Shown piece by piece: positions 9,246 to 20,176 of a DNA stretch of 64,000 nucleotides (position 1 is its first letter; each line of letters begins with the position of its first letter). Position numbers and translations under genes: made by a program. The stretch lies in the NCBI GenBank assembly GCA_965203805.1, contig OZ241917.1, positions 4,064,001 through 4,128,000 on the forward strand, written 5' to 3'. Source of the DNA: Candidatus Latescibacterota bacterium (GTDB lineage: Bacteria > Latescibacterota > UBA2968 > GCA-2709665). Under the pieces are notes generated by a model, which saw only the letters and a program-made list of their open reading frames with translations, was not told where the DNA came from and did not search any database.

Positions 9246-10712
9246 TCAGGGTTGTGCGATCGGCGCGAGCAACCGGTAGATCTCATCGGCGCCGAAGAAC
9301 AGCGCGAGACATCCGAGGGCCGTCAAGCAAAGCGGAACCACGCAGAACGCCGGGGCCTCCCGTATGGGAGTCGGGCCCGCCGGCCCGGAGGCGGGCGCCG
9401 CAAAAAACGCGCGTGCGACGATCGGCATCAGATACGCGACGTTCAAAAGCGAACTGACGATCAACACGGCCGCGAAAATAAACTGGCCCGCATCCGCCGC
9501 GCCCAGCGCCAGGTACCACTTGCTCCACGAACCTCCAAGCGGAGGCAGGCCGATTACGCTCAGCGATCCCACAAAAAAGGCGAACATGGTCACCGGCATT
9601 GTCTTCCCGATGCCGGCCATATCGCTGATCTCCGTCTTGTGCGCTGCCACCATGATGGCGCCGGCACAGAAAAACAGCGTTATTTTTCCGAATGCATGCA
9701 TCGCAATATGCATCGAGCCGCCGATAATCCCCCAGTTGTTGGCCAGGGCCGCGCCGAGCACCACGTAGGACAGTTGGCTGACCGTGGAATAGGCGAGACG
9801 CGCCTTGAGATTGTCTTTGGTCAGCGCAACCAGGGATGCAATCAGCAACGTTGCGGCGGCCACACCGGCCAGCCACAGGCTTGTGCCCGTGTTCGCAAGC
9901 AGGTCGATGCCAAAGATGTAGACCACAACTTTCATCACGGTAAACACGCCGGCTTTGACAACGGCCACCGCATGCAGCAGGGCGCTCACCGGCGTTGGCG
10001 CCACCATCGCCGCCGGCAGCCACTGGTGGAAAGGCATCAGGGCGGCCTTGCCGGTGCCAAACGCATAGAGCGCCAGCAGCAGGCCCACCACGCCCGGACT
10101 CGCTTTTCCCTCGAGGATGCCGCCGGGTTCGAATTCCAGGGTACCCGTCAGGTTCCATGTCCACACGACCGCCAGGAGCATCAACCCCACCGACGTGCCC
10201 AGCAGGATGCCCATGTAGATCCTTCCGGACCGCAGCGCCTCCTTCGTACGATGGTGGGTAACCAGTGGATAGGTCGAAAGGGTCAGTATCTCGTAGAAGA
10301 TGAACAGGGTGAGCATGTTGCGGGCAAACGCCACGCCCAGGGCGCCCGCGATGGCCACCGAGAAGAAAACGTAGAACCGGGTCTGGTGCGTTTCGTGATG
10401 CCCGCGCATGTACCCGATGGAGTACAGAGACGTCACGATCCAGAGCCCCGAGGCGATCAAACCGAAGAGCATGCCCAGGGGTTCAACTTCAAATGCCAGC
10501 GCCAGGCCCGGCAGCACCTCGAGAATCTGTATGCCCGGCCTCGCTCCGGAGATGACTTCAGGAACCAGGGTGAGAACCACGAAAAACAGCACGCCACCGG
10601 TTGCCAGCGTGGCCGCCTCACGGAGATTGGGCCTCCGTCCGAGAAGACCGATCACCGGGGCCCCGAGAAGGGGCAGCAGAACGGCAATCAGCGTGGCGTC
10701 GGAAGCGGTCAT
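9246..10712 (-). CDS. mrpD: Na+/H+ antiporter MrpD-family subunit (second copy)
   Basis: FYEILTLSTYPLV, WLPAAMVAPTPVSALLHAVAVVKAG, RLAYSTVSQL; start MTASD at 10712 (ATGA overlap). Confidence 0.88.
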   Translation of the reverse strand: MTASDATLIAVLLPLLGAPVIGLLGRRPNLREAATLATGGVLFFVVLTLVPEVISGARPGIQILEVLPGLALAFEVEPLGMLFGLIASGLWIVTSLYSIGYMRGHHETHQTRFYVFFSVAIAGALGVAFARNMLTLFIFYEILTLSTYPLVTHHRTKEALRSGRIYMGILLGTSVGLMLLAVVWTWNLTGTLEFEPGGILEGKASPGVVGLLLALYAFGTGKAALMPFHQWLPAAMVAPTPVSALLHAVAVVKAGVFTVMKVVVYIFGIDLLANTGTSLWLAGVAAATLLIASLVALTKDNLKARLAYSTVSQLSYVVLGAALANNWGIIGGSMHIAMHAFGKITLFFCAGAIMVAAHKTEISDMAGIGKTMPVTMFAFFVGSLSVIGLPPLGGSWSKWYLALGAADAGQFIFAAVLIVSSLLNVAYLMPIVARAFFAAPASGPAGPTPIREAPAFCVVPLCLTALGCLALFFGADEIYRLLAPIAQP

Positions 10713-12226
10713 GGCGCGACTCCCAGAAGCCAGCCGGCGGCCCGGCGGGAAACGCCCACGGTGAAAGACGTCGAAACCCCGAAGTACAGGGTGGCCGCAA
10801 TCAGAATCCACATCGGGATGTGCATCAGCAGCGGCGCCTCGTTAACTCCGGAGGGCTCTGCGGGTTTGCGGAAATAGGCGACTTCAACCACCCGCCACAC
10901 ATAGACCACCGCCAGCAGGGAGCCCACCAGGACCAGAACCGCGACCGGCCACCAGCCCTTCTCCAGGGCCGCAAGAACCAGGTACCACTTGCTGATGAAT
11001 CCCACCGTAACCGGGACGCCGATCAGGCTCAGGCCGCCAAGTACGAAAGCGGCTGTCGTGACCGGCATGCGGCGTCCGAGACCATGCATATCGTCAAGAT
11101 TCACCGAACCCGCGCGGAGGGCGATACAACCCATGCACAGGAACAGCGCGCCCTTCATTACGGCGTGATTGAACACATGCACGATTCCCGCGGTGAGACC
11201 ATTCAACGACCCCGGTCCGAACCGGACATCCGGCGCGGCGCCGCTCGCCGACACCAAGGCGACTCCCAGCATGATGTAACCGACCTGGGCAACGCTGGAC
11301 CAGGCGAGCATGCGTTTGACGTTCGTCTGGAAAATGGCGACCGCCGAGGCCACGAAAACAGCCAGCAGCGAAAGCGGCAACAGCACCACCTGCAATCCGA
11401 CCGTATCGAATGCGAAACGGAGTCCGAAAACGGTGAAGACGAACCGCAGGAGAACGTAGATGGAGACCTTGGTCGCCGTTGCCGCGAGGAAGGCCGTTAC
11501 CATGGACGGCGCATAACAATACGCGTCGGGCAGCCACATGTGCAGGGGAAACAGCGCCAGTTTCAAACACAGGCCGACGCCGAGGAACGCGAACGCGGCC
11601 AGCACGGTCCTGCTGCCCAGGACCGGACCCAGACGTACCGCGAGGTCCGCCATGTTCAGCGTCCCCGTGGCCATATAGAGGAGCCCCACGCCGATGAGAA
11701 TAAACGTCGCCCCCACGGTACCCATCACCAGATACTGGTATGAGGCCGTCAGGGCGCGGCGGTCTTCACCAAGGCTGATCAGCGCGTAGGTTGAAAGGGA
11801 GGAAATCTCAAGAAAGACAAACAGGTTGAACGCGTCTCCGGTGATGGCGATGCCGAGGAGGCCCGTCAGACACAGGAGATACGCCGCGTAGAACAGATAG
11901 TGGCGGTCGTGCGGGATCTCACACGCCGCGCTGGGTGGCGCGTACAGGAGCACGACGGCGCCGATGAATGCCACCAGGAGCAATACGAACGCATTGACGG
12001 TATCGATCCGGTACTCGATCCCCCAGGGGGCGCTCCAGCTTCCGAGCGCATAGGAAACCGTCCCGGCATCCAGGACCCTGACGAGCAGCAGCGCGGCGAT
12101 TCCGAATACGATCCAGCCGACAGCGGCAGCGAAGGCCCAGGCCAGCATTCTTCGCCGAAGGAGGAGGCAGACCGGCGCGGCAATGAGGGGAACCACGATT
12201 TGCAGAATGGGCAGGTGGACGGCCAT
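10709..12226 (-). CDS. mrpD: Na+/H+ antiporter subunit D
   Basis: DAFNLFVFLEI, KLALFPLHMWLPDAY, KRMLAWSSVAQVGY; start MAVHLP at 12226 (TGATG coupling with mrpC). Confidence 0.9.
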   Translation of the reverse strand: MAVHLPILQIVVPLIAAPVCLLLRRRMLAWAFAAAVGWIVFGIAALLLVRVLDAGTVSYALGSWSAPWGIEYRIDTVNAFVLLLVAFIGAVVLLYAPPSAACEIPHDRHYLFYAAYLLCLTGLLGIAITGDAFNLFVFLEISSLSTYALISLGEDRRALTASYQYLVMGTVGATFILIGVGLLYMATGTLNMADLAVRLGPVLGSRTVLAAFAFLGVGLCLKLALFPLHMWLPDAYCYAPSMVTAFLAATATKVSIYVLLRFVFTVFGLRFAFDTVGLQVVLLPLSLLAVFVASAVAIFQTNVKRMLAWSSVAQVGYIMLGVALVSASGAAPDVRFGPGSLNGLTAGIVHVFNHAVMKGALFLCMGCIALRAGSVNLDDMHGLGRRMPVTTAAFVLGGLSLIGVPVTVGFISKWYLVLAALEKGWWPVAVLVLVGSLLAVVYVWRVVEVAYFRKPAEPSGVNEAPLLMHIPMWILIAATLYFGVSTSFTVGVSRRAAGWLLGVAP

Positions 12227-12585
12227 CAGGGCGTCTCCTCGCCCCGACCGTAGATTTCCTCTTCTTCGATGGTGCCGAATGCTTCCCTGATCCTCACAAC
12301 GATCGCCAGCCCGAGAGACGTCGTGGCGATGCCGACGACGATCGCCGTCAGAATCAGAACATGCGGCAGCGGATTGGAATAGCTCCGCACACCCTCCGCG
12401 ACAATCGGCGCGCTCCCCCCGGAGACCTTGCCCAAACTGATGTAGAACAGGAAGACCGAGGTCTGAAAGATATTCAGGCCGATCAGCTTCTTGACCAGGT
12501 TGCCGCTGGCGATCACCGCATAGAACCCGATCATCATCAGGACAACGACCATCCAATAGTTGTATAGGCCCGGGAATTCCGTCAT
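12226..12585 (-). CDS. mrpC: Na+/H+ antiporter subunit C
   Basis: NLVKKLIGL, NPLPHVLILTAIVVG. Confidence 0.93.
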   Translation of the reverse strand: MTEFPGLYNYWMVVVLMMIGFYAVIASGNLVKKLIGLNIFQTSVFLFYISLGKVSGGSAPIVAEGVRSYSNPLPHVLILTAIVVGIATTSLGLAIVVRIREAFGTIEEEEIYGRGEETP

Positions 12586-13001
12586 GCGCGATTCCTGCCG
12601 ACAAAGGCGAAGAAGATTCCGATAATTACCGAAGCCACGGTGATTCCCACACCCAGTTCGATCAGGAGAATACCCAGATGCTGACCGGCCACAGGATCCG
12701 CGCCAAGCACGCCGTAGTCCAGGTAGCGGCCGCCCTTCACTATTCCCGCGACCCCGGTGAAGGCATACAGGAGCAGCCCGAGGGCGATGACAATTTCCAC
12801 GACCGCAGGCCCGGTCACTCGCTTCGCCTCGTCCAGGCCGAATATCAGCGTATAGAGGACAAAGCCCGCGGCGAAAATCACACCGGCCTGGAACCCGCCT
12901 CCCGGCCCGAAATCGCCGTGAAACTGGACGTAGAGCGCAAACAGAAGGATCAGCGGGATGAACAATTTGGCGATGACCCGCGGTATGATCTGATTCTTCA
13001 C
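12582..13001 (-). CDS. mrpB: Na+/H+ antiporter subunit B (MnhB domain)
   Basis: HGDFGPGGGFQAG motif. Confidence 0.92.
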   Translation of the reverse strand: MKNQIIPRVIAKLFIPLILLFALYVQFHGDFGPGGGFQAGVIFAAGFVLYTLIFGLDEAKRVTGPAVVEIVIALGLLLYAFTGVAGIVKGGRYLDYGVLGADPVAGQHLGILLIELGVGITVASVIIGIFFAFVGRNRA

Positions 13002-13573
13002 CGTCCGTCCTCCGGGTCGCGTCTCGGCCGGGCTCCCTTCAACAACAGCAGCACCCCCACGCCCGCACAGAAGATCACGGTGGTCTCGCCAAGCGTATCG
13101 TATCCTCTGTAGCTGGCAAGCACGGACGTCACGACATTCTCAACGTCAACGCGCGCTGCTGAACCATCCGCGTGCGGCACGGAATCTTTGAGGTATTCGG
13201 GCGCGACATGGGTATGAACCGGCGCTTCCGGGTCGCCGAACCGCGGCATGTCCAGAGTGCCGTAAATCAGGACCGCACCCGTCGCCAGGACCGCCAACAG
13301 GGGCAAAGGTGACGGACGAGACGATTTCGCTTCCTCGCGGGTTGTCAGCGCAAGGGTCCCGATCAGCAGCACGGTCGAGATGCCCGCGCCCACGGCGGCC
13401 TCGGTAAAGGCCACGTCCACGGCGTCCATCACGGTAAACAATCCGGCGGAAAGCAGGCTGAATATCCCGGCGAGAATCACGGCGGCGAGAAGGTTCCGGG
13501 TGAGGACGACGGCGACGGCGGTGGCAGCCAGGAGCGCCAGCAGGACAACGTCCACGAGCTCGATCATGGTCAT
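12998..13573 (-). CDS. Mrp subunit B/A C-terminal part (DUF4040-type)
   Basis: AVDVAFTEAAVGAG and NVVTSVLASYRGYDTLGE motifs; start MTMIELV at 13573. Confidence 0.88.
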   Translation of the reverse strand: MTMIELVDVVLLALLAATAVAVVLTRNLLAAVILAGIFSLLSAGLFTVMDAVDVAFTEAAVGAGISTVLLIGTLALTTREEAKSSRPSPLPLLAVLATGAVLIYGTLDMPRFGDPEAPVHTHVAPEYLKDSVPHADGSAARVDVENVVTSVLASYRGYDTLGETTVIFCAGVGVLLLLKGARPRRDPEDGR

Positions 13574-13881
13574 TGGTTGTCCTCCGGAAGCGATGGCTTC
13601 AACCCGGAGGTGAAGGCGGCCTTTGCGACCGCGTGCGTGGATGCCGGGCTGGTCAGAAAGAGAAGCAGGAGGATCAGAAACAGCTTGACGGTTGCCATGC
13701 TGAACCCGCCCTGTAACATCAGCCCCACAAGCACAAGGCCGGCGCCGAGCGTATCGGTGATTCCGGCGGCGTGCATCCGACTGTAAACGTTGGGAAGTCT
13801 GATCAGCCCGATGCCGCCCACGATACAGAAAAACGATCCCAGCAGCAGACATGCCCAACTTGCGACGTCGTGAACCGTCAT
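13570..13881 (-). CDS. mrpG: Na+/H+ antiporter subunit G
   Basis: GLIRLPNVYSRMHAAGITDTLG. Confidence 0.93.
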   Translation of the reverse strand: MTVHDVASWACLLLGSFFCIVGGIGLIRLPNVYSRMHAAGITDTLGAGLVLVGLMLQGGFSMATVKLFLILLLLFLTSPASTHAVAKAAFTSGLKPSLPEDNQ

Positions 13882-14165
13882 TCGGAAGTCTCTCCGCTCT
13901 CGCCGTCCGTCGACCCGAAATCGCCGTATTGAACGTACTTGAGCACGGCGAATGTTCCAATGAAGTTCAACAGGACGTAGATCAGCGCCAGGTCGAGAAA
14001 ATCAGGCCGGCCTGTCAGAAAACCCAGCACCGCGATCAGGAGTATCATCTTGGTGCCGAACATATTTGCGGCCAGGACGCGGTCGTAAACCGTTGGACCC
14101 GCGATCGCTCGGATCAGCGCCAGAACCATCGTTATGAGGACTGCCGCCATCGCCGCCGCAAACAT
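13878..14165 (-). CDS. mrpF: Na+/H+ antiporter subunit F
   Basis: GPTVYDRVLA, DLALIYVLLNFIGT. Confidence 0.93.
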   Translation of the reverse strand: MFAAAMAAVLITMVLALIRAIAGPTVYDRVLAANMFGTKMILLIAVLGFLTGRPDFLDLALIYVLLNFIGTFAVLKYVQYGDFGSTDGESGETSE

Positions 14166-14650
14166 CAGGAAGTTCCCTCCACTGCCGTGACGCGGCGATC
14201 CATCCCGCCGTCCAGAAGTTCCTCGGCGCTTTCACGCGTAAGCGCGTGAACAAGAATCGTGTCGTCTTCCACTTCCACCGAAACCGTCCCGGGCGTCAGT
14301 GTGATGGAATTGGCGTAGATGACCTTTCCCAGTGCCTGTTTCTGGCTTGCCCTGGTTTTGACCAGAGTGGGGCTGATGGGCATTCCCGGAGACAGTATTC
14401 GCAAGGCCACGTCGATATTGGACCGGACAATAACAAACAGAAGCCACGGAACGTATGCAAGTGCGCGAGCCGCAAGGTGAATCGGATGTGCCTCGGAATC
14501 GACGATTCCCATCCGCCGGACAATGGCGACCACCGTCAGGCATGACACGACCCCGAGCGCGAGTACCAGCGATCGGTCGATGGAATAGCGCCCAGACCAG
14601 AGCAGCCAGACACCGAATAACACAACGGCCAGACTCAGCAAGATTCTCAA
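14165..14650 (-). CDS. mrpE: Na+/H+ antiporter subunit E
   Basis: SNIDVA, ANSITLTPGT, LVHAL. TTG 14650 has a GGAGG RBS; the alternative start is 14680. Confidence 0.92.
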   Translation of the reverse strand: MRILLSLAVVLFGVWLLWSGRYSIDRSLVLALGVVSCLTVVAIVRRMGIVDSEAHPIHLAARALAYVPWLLFVIVRSNIDVALRILSPGMPISPTLVKTRASQKQALGKVIYANSITLTPGTVSVEVEDDTILVHALTRESAEELLDGGMDRRVTAVEGTS

Positions 14651-14710
14651 ATCCTGTTCCCTCCGCGCCGGGTTCTGCAACGGCCGGACGCGTCTGTTTT
14701 CCGGTTCGGA

Positions 14711-16231
14711 TTATTCGTTTTTTTCGCGTGTGGGTACCGAAGCGAATGTGTCTTTCAGGCTTTCAATCTGCCTGATGCGCACCTGTTCGATCACCATTTT
14801 CGCAGACAGTTCGGTTTTTTTCAGGAACGCGCCCGGGTACACGCCAATCCAGAACATCAGGACCACCAGCGGCGTCAGAATGAACCACTCCCGTACGGAC
14901 AGGTCCGCCAGCTTTCGATTTCGTTCGTCTGTCACCTCGCCCCACACCACGCGCTGAAACATCCACAACATGTACACGGCCGCAAGGACCACACCGGAGG
15001 CGGCAATGATGCCGTGTACCTTGCTTGCCTTGAAAGCGCCGAGAAGGATCAGAAACTCGCCCACAAATCCGTTCAGCCCCGGAAGACCGATCGAAGAAAG
15101 CGTCGTGATCAGGAAAAAGGTCGCGAATACCGGGATGGTCTTTGCCAACCCGCCGAAGTCGGCGATGAGCCGCGTGTGACGGCGTTCGTAGATCATACCC
15201 ACGATCAGGAACAGCGCGCCTGTGGACAGCCCGTGGTTCACCATCTGAATAATCCCGCCCTGCATGCCCTGGGCGTTCATCGAAAAAATACCCAGGACCA
15301 CGAAGCCCAGGTGGCTCACGCTGGAATAAGCCACCAGTTTCTTGATATCCGTCTGGACCATAGCCACCAGAGCGCCGTAAACGATGCCGATCACGGACAG
15401 CGCCATGATATGCGGGGTGAAGTACAGCGCAGCCATCGGGAACAACGGCAGGCAGAACCGTATCAGCCCGTAGGTTCCCATTTTCAGAAGAACGCCCGCA
15501 AGGATCACGCTGCCCGCCGTCGGCGCCTCGACGTGCGCGTCAGGCAACCAGGTATGAAGTGGAAACAGCGGCACCTTGATGGCGAAACTCAGGAAAAACG
15601 CCAGGAAGAGCCAGTGCTGCTGCGGGTGCAGATAGGTCATCTTCTGAAGCACCAAAAGGTCGAAGGTGCCATACTGCAGACCGAGATAGACAATCGCTAC
15701 GAGCATCAACAGACTGCCCGCCAGGGTAAACAGCACGAATTTTATCGCCGCATAGATTCGCCGTTCGCCGCCCCAGACGCCGATCAACAGGTACATCGGA
15801 ATCAGCATGGCCTCCCAGAACACGTAGAAGAGGAACAGGTCCAGGGCGCAGAACACCCCGATCATTCCGGTTTCCAGCAGAAGCATCGAAGCCATGTACT
15901 CCCGCACACGGGAGGTTATTGACGTCCACGAAGCGAGAATCGCCAGGAACGTGAGCAGGGTGGTCACCAGTACCAGCAGGAGACTGATTCCGTCGATCCC
16001 CACAAAATAGGAGATGCCGAACGCCCCCACCCACTCCATCTTTTCCACAAACTGCATCCCCGCGGCGCCTGATCTGAACCCGGCAACCAACAAAACGGAC
16101 AGCAGCAGATTCACCAGCGCCACCGCCAGAGCGAGAGCGCGGCTCAACCCGTCGCGTCCGCGACCCAGAAGCAGGACCAGAACGCCGCCAATCAATGGGA
16201 TGAAGATCAGGCCTGTCAGGATTCCAGGCAT
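14711..16231 (-). CDS. nuoM: NADH-quinone oxidoreductase subunit M
   Basis: [43 protein letters not shown]. Confidence 0.97.
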   Translation of the reverse strand: MPGILTGLIFIPLIGGVLVLLLGRGRDGLSRALALAVALVNLLLSVLLVAGFRSGAAGMQFVEKMEWVGAFGISYFVGIDGISLLLVLVTTLLTFLAILASWTSITSRVREYMASMLLLETGMIGVFCALDLFLFYVFWEAMLIPMYLLIGVWGGERRIYAAIKFVLFTLAGSLLMLVAIVYLGLQYGTFDLLVLQKMTYLHPQQHWLFLAFFLSFAIKVPLFPLHTWLPDAHVEAPTAGSVILAGVLLKMGTYGLIRFCLPLFPMAALYFTPHIMALSVIGIVYGALVAMVQTDIKKLVAYSSVSHLGFVVLGIFSMNAQGMQGGIIQMVNHGLSTGALFLIVGMIYERRHTRLIADFGGLAKTIPVFATFFLITTLSSIGLPGLNGFVGEFLILLGAFKASKVHGIIAASGVVLAAVYMLWMFQRVVWGEVTDERNRKLADLSVREWFILTPLVVLMFWIGVYPGAFLKKTELSAKMVIEQVRIRQIESLKDTFASVPTREKNE

Positions 16232-16263
16232 CGGTTCAGTTCCTCAACTCGCGCAAAATCAGC

Positions 16264-18123
16264 TCAGTTCCCCGACACGTAATACAACACCGCAACCACG
16301 CCAATCACCATCCAGAGCGCATAAGTGGGCGCGTTGCCCGACTGAAAGCGGGTGACGACCCAACCCGATCCCTTCACCAGCAGGCCCAGCCCGTTCGCGA
16401 TCCCATCCACCACCATCGCATCGAGAATACGCGCCAGCGCCAGCGAGAGCAGATGAATCGGACGGACGACGAGGGCGTGGTAGATCTCGTCGACGTACCA
16501 CTTGCGAATCAGCAGACCGTGAAGGGAATTCGAGGACGCCGCTCCCAGCCGGCCGGCTCTGTGCATCCGGTACGCGAACCCGATTCCCAGTAGACCCGCG
16601 AGAATGGAAATGCCCACCAGCATCCCGCCGGACAGTCCGCCCGACGCGGTGTGCTGAGCCGCTCCTGCCGTATCGCTCAGGAACGCATCGATCCAGCCGT
16701 GCCCCGGCGGAACGCCCACGAATCCGACCAGGGCCGATCCCAGCGCCAGCACAACCAGCGGCGCCGTCATGTTGTAAGGAGACTCGTGAGCGTGTTCGTA
16801 CAGATGCCGATCGCGAGGTTGTCCATGGAAAGTCATAAAGACCAGCCGGAACATGTAAAACGCCGTAAGCACAGCGCCCGCGACACCCAGGACCCAGATC
16901 GCCACGTTACCGGAGCGGTACGCGCTCACCAGGATTTCGTCCTTGCTCCAGAAACCGGCCAGGGGCGGAATCCCCGCGATGGCGAGCGCACCGACCCAGA
17001 ACGTAGCGCCGGTCACCCGCATCTTGCCCAGCAGCCCGCCCATCTTACGCATATCCAGTTCGTCCTGCATCGCGTGCATCACACTGCCCGCGGCCAGAAA
17101 CATCAATCCTTTGAAGAACGCGTGCGTGAACAGGTGGAAAATCCCGGCCGTATATGCGCCAACGCCCACGCCAACGAACATGTACCCCAGCTGGCTGACG
17201 GTCGAATAGGCCAGCACCCGTTTGATGTCGGTATTCACCAGAGCGATGGTCGCCGCCAGCAGCGCCGTGGCAACGCCGACCCATGCCACCACGGTCCCCG
17301 CGGTAGGCGCGAGCGTATAAAGCACATTCGAGCGCGCCACCATATAGACGCCGGCCGTGACCATCGTGGCCGCGTGAATCAGGGAACTCACCGGCGTCGG
17401 GCCTTCCATTGCGTCGGGCAGCCAGACGTAGAGCGGAAACTGCGCCGACTTGCCGCAGGCGCCGACGAAAAGCAGAAGCGCGATCGCCGTTGCGACGCCC
17501 GTGGACAACATCAGCGGCGCCTTTTCGAATACCTCGGTGTAATGTACCGTGCCCAGGTAACTTACCATCAGAAAAATCCCGAGCAGGAAACCGAAATCTC
17601 CGATCCGGTTCACGATAAACGCTTTCTTGCCTGCATCCGAAGCGGACTTCCGCTCGTACCAGAAGCCGATCAGGAGATATGAACATAGACCAACGCCTTC
17701 CCATCCCACGAACATCAACAGATAATTGTTCGCGAGTACCAGCACCAGCATGGAAAACACAAACAGGTTCAGGTAGGCAAAGAATCGGGCGAATCCCGGG
17801 TCGTTGCGCATATATCCGAAAGAATAGACATGGATCAGGAACGAAATTGTCGTAACCGTCACAATCATGATGGTCGACAGGGCATCGACCTGGAACCCCA
17901 CGGCGGCCTTGAACGAACCTGCCGCAATCCATGTGTACACGTCTTCGTTCAATTCTCCGCCGCCCACCACCCAGAACAGAACGCGCAGGGACAGTACACA
18001 CGAAAGCCCCACCGCCGCGGCGCCGATAACCCCGGACGCCTCCCGCAGCCGGTACCCGAACAGTCCGTTTACGGCCGCACCGGCGAGCGGAAAGAGAATG
18101 ATCAGAATCACAACGGTCAACAT
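16264..18123 (-). CDS. nuoL: NADH-quinone oxidoreductase subunit L
   Basis: GWEGVGLCSYLLIGFW, GKSAQFPL..WLPDAMEGPTPVS, HAFFK. Confidence 0.97.
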   Translation of the reverse strand: MLTVVILIILFPLAGAAVNGLFGYRLREASGVIGAAAVGLSCVLSLRVLFWVVGGGELNEDVYTWIAAGSFKAAVGFQVDALSTIMIVTVTTISFLIHVYSFGYMRNDPGFARFFAYLNLFVFSMLVLVLANNYLLMFVGWEGVGLCSYLLIGFWYERKSASDAGKKAFIVNRIGDFGFLLGIFLMVSYLGTVHYTEVFEKAPLMLSTGVATAIALLLFVGACGKSAQFPLYVWLPDAMEGPTPVSSLIHAATMVTAGVYMVARSNVLYTLAPTAGTVVAWVGVATALLAATIALVNTDIKRVLAYSTVSQLGYMFVGVGVGAYTAGIFHLFTHAFFKGLMFLAAGSVMHAMQDELDMRKMGGLLGKMRVTGATFWVGALAIAGIPPLAGFWSKDEILVSAYRSGNVAIWVLGVAGAVLTAFYMFRLVFMTFHGQPRDRHLYEHAHESPYNMTAPLVVLALGSALVGFVGVPPGHGWIDAFLSDTAGAAQHTASGGLSGGMLVGISILAGLLGIGFAYRMHRAGRLGAASSNSLHGLLIRKWYVDEIYHALVVRPIHLLSLALARILDAMVVDGIANGLGLLVKGSGWVVTRFQSGNAPTYALWMVIGVVAVLYYVSGN

Positions 18124-18183
18124 CGCCAGCTCACTTTATTCGGACAGAAGAATCGCGGTCGTCGTCTCACCGTCCCGCGGCGC

Positions 18184-18495
18184 CTACCATTTCAGCAGAT
18201 TCACCTCGCCAACGTCCAATGTCTGTCTGTTCCTGTAAAGCGCAATGATAATCGCCAGCCCGACCGCAACTTCGGCGGCGGACACCGCCATCACGAAGAA
18301 TACGAACACCTGGCCGGAACCCGAACCCATATAACGCGCCATGGTCACGAACAGAAGATTGACCGCGTTCAGCATCAGCTCGATACACATGAATATCACG
18401 ATCGCATTGCGGCGAACCAGCACGCCAGTCACGCCGATCGCGAAAAGCATCGCGCTCAGGATCAGGTAATATGAAACCGGAACGGCCATCTCCAT
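18184..18495 (-). CDS. nuoK: NADH-quinone oxidoreductase subunit K
   Basis: [26 protein letters not shown]. Confidence 0.97.
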   Translation of the reverse strand: MEMAVPVSYYLILSAMLFAIGVTGVLVRRNAIVIFMCIELMLNAVNLLFVTMARYMGSGSGQVFVFFVMAVSAAEVAVGLAIIIALYRNRQTLDVGEVNLLKW

Positions 18496-18568
18496 CTCGC
18501 TGTCAAGAAACTGTTTTGGAATTCGTCATCCGGACACAACCCGGGACGGGAGCCTGCGCCCCGAGCCG

Positions 18569-19105
18569 CTAACGCGCCTGACGGGACCGGCTTTCTTCGC
18601 TTTCACGATCCCGTTTCACCATGACCATCACGCCGATCAGCGCGACCAGCAGAATCACGGAAACCACCTCGAAGGGAAACAGATACCTGGTGTAGAGCAG
18701 TTTGCCGATGGCATTGATGTTGTCCGTAAAAAGCGGCACCTCGTCGGATACCGGCGTGTCTGCCCAATGTCGTCCAGCCATGAAGCCGAGCTGCGCCACC
18801 AGTACCGCCGCCAGCAATACCACCGCGACCCGCCGATATTTGCCGGCCACGCGTTCGAGCGCGCCGGCATGGCCCAGGTTAAGAAGCATAATCACAAACA
18901 GGAAGAGTACCATAATTGCGCCGGCATAGACGATAATCTGCACCGCCGCGAGGAAATAGGCATTCAGCAAAACAAAAAGCCCCGCCAGGGCGAAGAACGC
19001 AGCCACAAGAGACAGGGCACTGTAAACCGGATTTCGAAACGCGACGAGGAGCACCCCCGCGGCGAGCGCGATTGCGGCGAAGACAAAAAAGAACGTCTGC
19101 TCCAT
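18569..19105 (-). CDS. nuoJ: NADH-quinone oxidoreductase subunit J
   Basis: QIIVYAGAIMVLFLFVIMLL, PFEVVSVILL. Confidence 0.97.
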   Translation of the reverse strand: MEQTFFFVFAAIALAAGVLLVAFRNPVYSALSLVAAFFALAGLFVLLNAYFLAAVQIIVYAGAIMVLFLFVIMLLNLGHAGALERVAGKYRRVAVVLLAAVLVAQLGFMAGRHWADTPVSDEVPLFTDNINAIGKLLYTRYLFPFEVVSVILLVALIGVMVMVKRDRESEESRSRQAR

Positions 19106-19127
19106 TCTCCCTCCCGCAAGGTGCGGC

Positions 19128-20168
19128 TCAACTCGCGAGCGTCAGATAAAGTCCCGTTAAGAAGACGTTTAGAAGCGCCAGCGGCAGCAGCACCTTCCAC
19201 CCCAACCACATGACCTGATCGTACCGAAAACGGGGAAGGGTCCAGCGCACCCACAGGAACAGGAACATGAAGAATCCGGTCTTGACCAGAAATGCGAGCA
19301 CCTTGAGCAGACTCGCGCCCATTGAGGTACTGCCGGGATCCACCAGCCATGGCATATGCCAGCCGCCGAAGAACAGGGTGGCGATGACGGCCGACGCCGT
19401 AATCATGTGAGCGTACTCGGCCATGAAGAACATGGCGAACTTCATGCTGCTGTACTCGGCGTGATATCCCGCCACCAGTTCCTGTTCGGATTCCGGCAGA
19501 TCGAACGGCAGCCTGTTGCTTTCCGCGAACGCGGCCGCGGTGAACAACACGAATCCCAGTGGCTGCGTGAACACGTTCCATCCCGGTAAAAACCCGAACA
19601 GCGTTCGCTCGGACTGCTGCCTGACGATATCGTCCAGTTGCAGTGTGCCCGCGGCCATGAGTACGCCGATCAGCGACAGCCCGAGCGCCAGTTCGTAGCT
19701 GATCATCTGGGCGGAAGCGCGCAACCCGCCCAGCAGGGCATACTTGTTGTTGGACGCCCACCCGCCGAGCACCACCCCGTAGACCCCCAGAGACGCCAGC
19801 GCCAGGAGGTAAAGGATGCCGACATTTATATCGGCGATCTGCAGCCGGACCTCACGGCCCCACAGGGTCATGGTATCGCCGAACGGTACGATGGCAAAAC
19901 CCATCAGCGCGGGGACGAGAATGGCGGGCGGCGCGGCCAGATAGACGAAACGGTTCACATGCCGGGGAATCACATCTTCCTTGAACAGGAATTTCAGTCC
20001 GTCGGCAAGCGGCTGCAGCAAACCCCAGGGCCCAACCCGGTTCGGGCCCAGCCGGTTCTGGATATACGCACTGATCTTCCGCTCGGCCAGAACAAGATAG
20101 GCAACCGCGCCCAGCATTCCGACGAATACCACAACGATCTTCACGACACTTTCAATCGCGTAATCCAT
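19128..20168 (-). CDS. nuoH: NADH-quinone oxidoreductase subunit H
   Basis: ERKISAYIQNRLGPNRVG, NRLPFDLPESEQELVAGYHAEYS. Confidence 0.98.
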   Translation of the reverse strand: MDYAIESVVKIVVVFVGMLGAVAYLVLAERKISAYIQNRLGPNRVGPWGLLQPLADGLKFLFKEDVIPRHVNRFVYLAAPPAILVPALMGFAIVPFGDTMTLWGREVRLQIADINVGILYLLALASLGVYGVVLGGWASNNKYALLGGLRASAQMISYELALGLSLIGVLMAAGTLQLDDIVRQQSERTLFGFLPGWNVFTQPLGFVLFTAAAFAESNRLPFDLPESEQELVAGYHAEYSSMKFAMFFMAEYAHMITASAVIATLFFGGWHMPWLVDPGSTSMGASLLKVLAFLVKTGFFMFLFLWVRWTLPRFRYDQVMWLGWKVLLPLALLNVFLTGLYLTLAS

Positions 20169-20176
20169 AAACGCAT

